From contig NW_027117338.1 of NCBI RefSeq assembly GCF_038025025.1, forward strand, positions 2,914,001 to 2,978,000: a stretch of 64,000 nt of DNA, given 5' to 3'. Under the pieces are notes generated by a model. It did no database searches and was not told the DNA's origin. It was given only the letters and a program-made list of their open reading frames with translations. The translations under genes were made by a program, and so were the position numbers. How positions within the stretch are numbered: the stretch's first letter is position 1; each line of letters starts with the position of its first letter. Positions 57,629 to 64,000 of the stretch are shown piece after piece. This DNA comes from Phyllosticta citribraziliensis (Eukaryota).

Positions 57629-60214
57629 CTACGCCGCTTCCTCCTGCAACGTCGCATCGCTACTCCCGCCATCTCCATGCCCATGATGCCGACCCTCAAC
57701 GCCACATCCATCGCCATCATCATCGTCAACAAAACGAATCGTCTCCCTCCTCCGATCCCTCTCCCTCCCCACCCGCTCCCGCCACGCCCTCACGTCCTCC
57801 TCGCCGCTCTGAACATGCATCCACACCTCATCCCACGCCGTCCCATCCCCGCCTCCCCTCTCCCCCTTGGCCTCCTCCGCAACCCACCCAATCGCGCGCT
57901 TCGCCTTGCGCACAACACGGGGCAGAATTCTATCGCGGAACTCATTGGGAATCCTCAGCCTGGCAGCAACCCAGCGATCGCCGGGGCGGCGCTCACTCGG
58001 GACAGTCGGGAGGACGGGCGCCTCGAGGACGCGCTCCTGCGCCATAGCGCGGGCAAACACGGCGCTGAGACGCGCCGGCAGCACGGCGTGCAGAAACTCG
58101 AGCGATGCGTTGACGTTGATGTCCATGGCGCGCGTCGGGTCGGCCGTCATCTTGAGCGCCAGCGCGCACGTCTTGGGGTACAGCAGCGAGAAGTCGGTCT
58201 GTGAGATGTGCACCGTACCTCGCAGCGTGAGCAGCCAGGAAGGCGCGCGCGCCGCGCTGCGCTGCGCTTCGTGGATCAGGGACGAGGCTGTGGCGAAGTT
58301 GGACGGCCAGTAGGTGAAGGCTTCGGAGTTTATGCCCAGGAGGGGTGAGTGGAGAGGGCGGTGGCGGGCGTGGGGGTGGAGGGGGTCGTGGCGGGCGGAG
58401 GGGGACAGTGAGGATGGCGCGATGCTGTGTTTGGGTGTTTGCGCGGGGGGTTGCAGGGGGCGCGTGAGGGGGTGTGATTTTCGTCCCCCTTTTCTTTCAT
58501 CCCCGTAACCTTCACCCTCGTCATAATCCTCCTCTTTTTCATCACCAACAGACGACGCTGCTTCCGCCGCCTCCTGCCCCTCCTGTGCCTCCTCCGTCTC
58601 AGCTACCGGCGCAACAGCTGCGCCCCAAATATCGTAAATCACCCCCTGCCCACACCACTCAAACCGCTTCTCGCTCCTCAACACCTCAACCGTCGTCGCG
58701 GCGCCAAATGAGTGCCCCGCCATAGTCGCATTGTCGGTGCAAAAGGCGCCCCTCCACGCATCCCAATCCACGCCGTCCAAGCCGCGCGAGCTGGCGCCGA
58801 CGTACCCCTTCCGCCGCAAGTTGGCCGCCGCGACCTCCTCGCCGCGCCCCGCCGCAACGAGCTGCAGCACGTGGTGCGCCTCGTCGATCTCGGCGAGCCG
58901 CAGCGCGATTTGCGCGTCGCGCAGCTCGCGGTCGACGCCTTTGGGGTTGTTGGGCGACGTGTCGATCGGGTTGTGCTTGGGGAAGATGTAGTCGATGCGG
59001 TCGTAGCCCTTGTGGCGCTCCTGGCACGTCCGGCCTGGGTCCAAAGATGCCCCTCGATCTCCTCCATCTTTTTCTCCCTTTCCTTTGTCGTTCGCGTCGT
59101 CGTCTTTCTCCTTATTCGCGCTCTTTTTGCGTCGCCACCGCTTCGTCACCCGTCCGCTGATGCTTTTTTCTTCGTCCTTCGCAGATCGCCATGCCCGTCG
59201 CGTCGTATACCCCCGCGGCTGCCGCCCCAGCCCACAAAACTTGGTTTCCGCCGGACCAACGTCTGGGTGATTTACGTACGAGCGCGGAGAGCTGCCGTCA
59301 CGGTGCTCGATGGCTGCGACGACGAATCCGTAACTCGCAAACTCGCCGCAGAGGCTCGAGTACGAGGTGCGCGTGCCCCCGAGACCGTGACTGAAGACCA
59401 TCAGGGGTAACTGGCCCTCTGTCCCCCCATCCTGTTCGCCTCCTTGTCTGCCTTCGTGGGACGGATTTTGATTATCCTGCGCATCTCTCGGCAATGACCT
59501 CGCTACTTTGGCGTTCCTCAGCGCCGGCACCTTGGTGAACAGCGTCGTAGCGCCAAAAACAGGAACAGCCAGGTGTCCGACACCAGCGAAGCGGCCATAT
59601 CCTTTGGCCATGCGGACGCGCGGGCGGGGGAGCCATGTCAGCTTGCTCCAGGAAGGGTGACCCGCGGGATCAGGGCCGGGCGGATCGGTATGTCGACGGG
59701 CGAGCGACTTTCGTTCGGGATGGTGGTGCGGCGGAGTCGACGAGGATGAGGCGGCAGCGGTGGAGTTTTTGCGATGGGGCGGCGAGTGCGAGGGGATTTC
59801 GCAGGGGTAGTACAGCGTCATTGCGACGGTACGCAGGCGGAGGAGGTGCTTGGAATGTCGCGTGAGGCGCGAGATGGGTCGGGGTTGGCGGACGGGCAGC
59901 TCGAGGTCCATAACACCGACCTACACAAGCATTAGATCGGTCTCAGAAGATTAGACGACAAGTGGAAGTGTCCAAAAGGAAATGCTTTCACGTACGCCAT
60001 ACGGCCCCGAATAGTTCGGGAGGTGGCTCTGATAGACGCGCAAGTGGTCACCTAGCGACTTGGGCGGTCTGGCCTTTGGCTTCTTTGCGCGCGGAATCTT
60101 GCCCGTGCCAGGGAATTTCGAACTCTGTTGACGAGACGGCGCTCTGCCCGGTCTGTTCGGAAAAGACGAAGGGGCGTCATCTGGTCGGCCGGAGATGCTC
60201 GCGTGAAAGGACAT
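57629..60214 (-). CDS. Platelet-activating factor acetylhydrolase-like alpha/beta hydrolase; exons 60214-59996, 59920-57629
   Basis: [49 protein letters not shown] nucleophile and HISQTD. Confidence 0.9.
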
Positions 60215-61580
60215 GGCTGCTGTGGCGGCGCGACGCCAGAACTGACAGCAATTTCAAGTATTGGATTCGACAAGAGGAATTGAGCTGAAAATGATGCAGG
60301 CGTAAAGTACCTCGCGTGATGCGGATGCAGTGGTTGAAGAGAGATGGTGGAGGCGGCAGTCGACGGTCAACGCCAGCGGCAAGGCACAAAGCGAGATATA
60401 ACGTAGCAGGCCAGCAGGCAAACAGGCAGAACAGAAACCAAGCAAAGGCGACGCCGGAACGATCGAGTCCAGGCAAACGCAAGTCGCTTCTCCAGAAGCA
60501 GACTACACGCGATCGTGAGACGCGGAGCGGAGCAGGAGCAGCGCTCAGCAATAACGCAGAGCAAACCGAACACCTCCAATGACGATCGCAGAAGGGGTCT
60601 CGTCTTCCGGAAGATCCTCAGAGGGAAAAGAGGAGCCACACCGTGGTGTCCATCGGGAACGGATCGGGACAAAGGTACCAAAGTGCCGTGGTAGGTACTT
60701 GGGAGGGCCTATCTTTCAGGAATGGACCGGGCCTACTTTTTCTTCTTTGGCGGAACAGTCGGACCCTTGCTTGGAACCATAACTTTGATACCTTACCTTT
60801 CGTACCGTGCGTACTTTCCGGCGCTGCAGCAGCGGCGGAGTAAGCGAGTGAGAGCGCGCCAACGCGCGTCATATGTATCCCAAGGCCAATCCGCGCGACG
60901 GGACGCTCCAGGGCAACGGCGACGACAGCGGCCCTACATGAGGATTGATTGCGTGCCGGCACCCACGCGATGCGGCGGCAGCAGTGACGGGCAAGCTGTT
61001 CAGACCACTGCCGCCAGGAGCAGCGCGGCTGTGCAGATAATGGATGATGTGTGCCTGAGCAGAGGTGGTGGATCTCGGGACTGGATGGACTGACGTTGAT
61101 TTGCCCCACGCGCCGCTGACGTCAATTCCGCGGCGGGCCTCCCCGGCCGCCTGAGATGCTTGAACTCACTTCTGATGCACGCTAAAATGCTTACTTCCGT
61201 CCGAACTCACACTGTCTGGGTCGAATGTGTGGCTGCCTGCCTTGGCACATTTGCAGAACCCGTCATGGCAGGGGCACAGTAGGTGTCGAAAGAAATTAGA
61301 CCTCCTGGCCACACAAGTGCGTCTAGGGAACATTCATTCGCTGCTACGCCTGCGCCTAAGGAGCATTCATGTACAACTGTAGTTGCACTTAGAAAATAAT
61401 CACCCATTGCCGCAGACAGACTAGGGGAGGGGAGCACAGGAGCCTCATTTCTTTCGAAACCCACTGTGGGGGTTTTGGCAGATACGGTTCGCTGCAGCGT
61501 GCCCCTGATTCTGTAGTCCATGTTGGATAATGGGAATCATGGGAATCATATGGCTGCGATGCACATCTCTTTCAAGAGTG

Positions 61581-61612
61581 AAAAAGTGGTGGAAAAGTGG
61601 TGGAAAAGTGGA
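61581..61612. repeat. 11-bp tandem repeat (AAAAGTGGTGG) about x2.7
   Basis: aaaagtggtggaaaagtggtggaaaagtgg read directly. Confidence 0.8.
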
Positions 61613-61800
61613 AGCAAATATCGTACATGATACTTCCGCCGCTGATTAAATATACAGTCGTCTCTCATCAACAACATCATCGTCATCGTCGTCAACCACG
61701 CAACTCTCCAACACTGCCAGCAACGCCGCATAACTTTTCACCCCATCCTCTCTGACGCAGAGTTATGAACTCTCCCCAACGCCGTGCAACGCTCATCAAA

Positions 61801-63273
61801 TCAATACCTCTTCAACGGCGGGCTGCCCGCGCACGGCGGCGCCGAAAACCGCGTCTGCACAAACACCTTTTGCATGCCGTCGTCCTGCGCGTCAAACAGA
61901 GCGTACACCTTTTCAATGTCGGCCAAGTCGACGCGATGCGTCACCATCTTCAGGGGATCGATTTTGCCCTCCTGGATCATGGCCAGGAGCTTCTCCCAGT
62001 ACAGGTGGACGGGCGCCTGGCCGTTGCCGATGAGACGGATGCCGCGCTCCATGAGGGAGCCGATGTTGAAGTGGTTGGTTTGTTTGAAGTCAGCGACGAT
62101 GTCTTGGAAGGGAGGTGCGTGTAGTGAGGAGCATGGAGCAAAACTTACAAAGCCCACGTAGACGCCCGTGATGCCGCAGCGCCCAAAATTGCGCACGCTG
62201 GTAATCATCTCGTTGACCAGCTCGCTCGTGTCCGTCTCGGCGCCCAGCATCATCTCAAAGTAGTGCGCCCAGCCCTTTGCGTACTCGCCCGCCGCGCACT
62301 CGAGCGCAACGTCCGGCCCACGGCCATCCCCCATCTCCTTCAACTTGCTGGACACGCTCTCGCCCTTCTTCAGCTTGGTAAAGTCCAGCGTCTCCGCCCG
62401 CGGATACCGCTCCTTGATGAAGTCGAGCCGCCACGCGACGCCATCGATGGCAATTACGCGCTTAGCACCTTGCAAGAAGGCAAAGTCGAGCGCCATGACG
62501 CCGATGGGGCCGGCGCCCCAGATGGCCACCACGTCGCCCTCGTAGACGCCCGTGTCGACGACGGCGTTCCACGACGTGGCGAGCACGTCGGACAGGTACA
62601 GCCCCTTTTCGTCGGGCACGTCGTCCGGCAGCTTGAGCAGGTTGGTGTCGCCGCATGGCACGCGCACGTACTCGGCTTGCCCGCCTGCGAAGCCGCCCGT
62701 GAAGTGCGAGTAGCCAAACATGCCGGCCGTGCGGCCGCCGTACATGGCGTTTTCTATCGTGTTGGAGTTTGTCTTTTCGCATTGGGACGACAGCTTGTTC
62801 TTGCAGTAGTAGCACTGTGAGAATCGTCAGTATCCCGTTGTTTTTGACACCACGCCTCGACAAGAGTTACATACGTCGCCGCAGGCAATCTGGAAAGACG
62901 CCACAACCCGATCGCCCTTCTTCAATCCCGTAACAGCGGCGCCCATCTCATCCACAACGCCGCAAAACTCATGGCCCAGGATGTCCCCCTTTTGCAGCTC
63001 GACGACGGTGCCGTGCAGCAGGTGGCGGTCCGAGCCGCACACGGTGCTGCCCGTCACCTTGAGGATGACGTCGCGGTCCTCAATCACCTTTGGCCGGGGC
63101 ACCTCGACGACCTGCACCTTGTTCTTGCCCATCCACGCCAGCGCCTTCATCGTGTCGCGGTCGTCGGCCCACGCCGGGTCGTTGGCCGGGTTCGTCACGT
63201 CCTGCGCCGTCACGCTGTTGGTGTCGTGGCCGATGAGCTGCTCGGCCTTGTATGCGGCTTGCGACATGGCCAT
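61801..63273 (-). CDS. Zinc-dependent medium-chain dehydrogenase (formaldehyde dehydrogenase-like/YbdR type); exons 63273-62875, 62814-62149, 62079-61801
   Basis: CGSD..H, GHEFCG, structural zinc motif CGD-CYYC..C, GGQAEYVRVP, LSDV and GAGPIG. The second intron has an anomalous acceptor (see findings). Confidence 0.92.
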
Positions 63274-64000
63274 GTTTTCGGTTGCTTGGTATTGGTGAAA
63301 GGAACTGTAGGTGTAGATGTACGTGGTATTGAGGCTGGGTCTCGAAACAAGCAGTCAAAAATTTGGCGAATGAGAAGTTCAAGGAGGACTGGGTTAGTTT
63401 GGACAAAGAGGAAGGGAAGAAGGAGCAGACGAGTGCTTTTGACGGCCTCAGCCAGCCAGCCAGCCATCGACATCAGCAGCTACAACATTATCCAGACCGA
63501 CCCCGCCCTAGCTCACTATGTCCCAATCATGACATAATGTCCAATCCAGTCGTCGGTGTCCCCTCTTGGAGCCGAACCAAACCGCCACAGCGCCCTCCTG
63601 CGCCCAGCCCAGCGGCCGGCTGTGGCAGCTCGACAAATCCGGGGATGCATATTGCGACGTCATGGAATGCGGCGAAAAAAGGGGGGGAAAGGATGCGAAT
63701 TAGAAATCCCCATTGTCCCTCACCTCAGCCAGGCTGTGAGTTGATCGGAGCACGCACAGTGCGAATCGGAATTGGAGCCATTGGACCCGTTTGGCGGATG
63801 GAGAAATCTGGACTTTTGCGTTTGTTCGATGTCGAGGGCGGGCAGATCGGATTGACGGGAAGGAGAGAGCTGGTCTGACGTCATTCTCGCGTGGTGGCGT
63901 CAAGGTACCACCGCACTCAGGTCACCACCTCCTCTTCAAAGCAGTTGCGGGGCCCATGAGATGCTGGCAGGCGCACCACGGCGTTCCTCGAAAGACCTGG

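Noticed and set aside
61452..61480. TTCGAAAC plus small hairpin considered as a tRNA fragment
   Set aside because: No cloverleaf or A-box can be built.

Overview
Gene-dense, GC-rich, intron-containing DNA from a filamentous ascomycete. Short GT-AG introns with CTRAC branch sites and microsatellite-rich spacers suggest a Dothideomycete, but that is inference. About 22 protein genes were reconstructed by hand-splicing: a Cu-transporting P1B ATPase (5'-truncated), ATG2, an ADGF/CECR1-type adenosine deaminase, a CSN12/PCI protein, RPL20, a peroxisomal enoyl-CoA hydratase, a TPR/F-box/LRR protein, CTNNBL1, a secreted His-rich Kex2-repeat protein, a PTH11-like receptor, a secreted carboxylesterase, a small secreted protein, exopolyphosphatase PPX1, a large conserved hypothetical protein, LaeA-like and O-methyltransferases, a GH32 invertase, a METTL25-like protein, a PAF acetylhydrolase and a Zn-dependent dehydrogenase. 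No tRNA, rRNA, CRISPR array or intact transposon was seen. Most notable observations: (1) the PPX1 stop is TAG-CTAG followed by a 20-codon in-frame extension ending in ARL, suggesting a cryptic peroxisomal isoform made by readthrough; (2) a secreted KR-processed polyprotein carries Cys-loop/His-rich and amphipathic peptide modules; (3) the large hypothetical protein looks like a divergent RasGAP-like + VPS9 (GAPVD1/RME-6-type) protein; (4) RPL20 intron 1 holds a long hairpin; (5) several splice sites are non-canonical. All assignments come from reading motifs, not from database searches.
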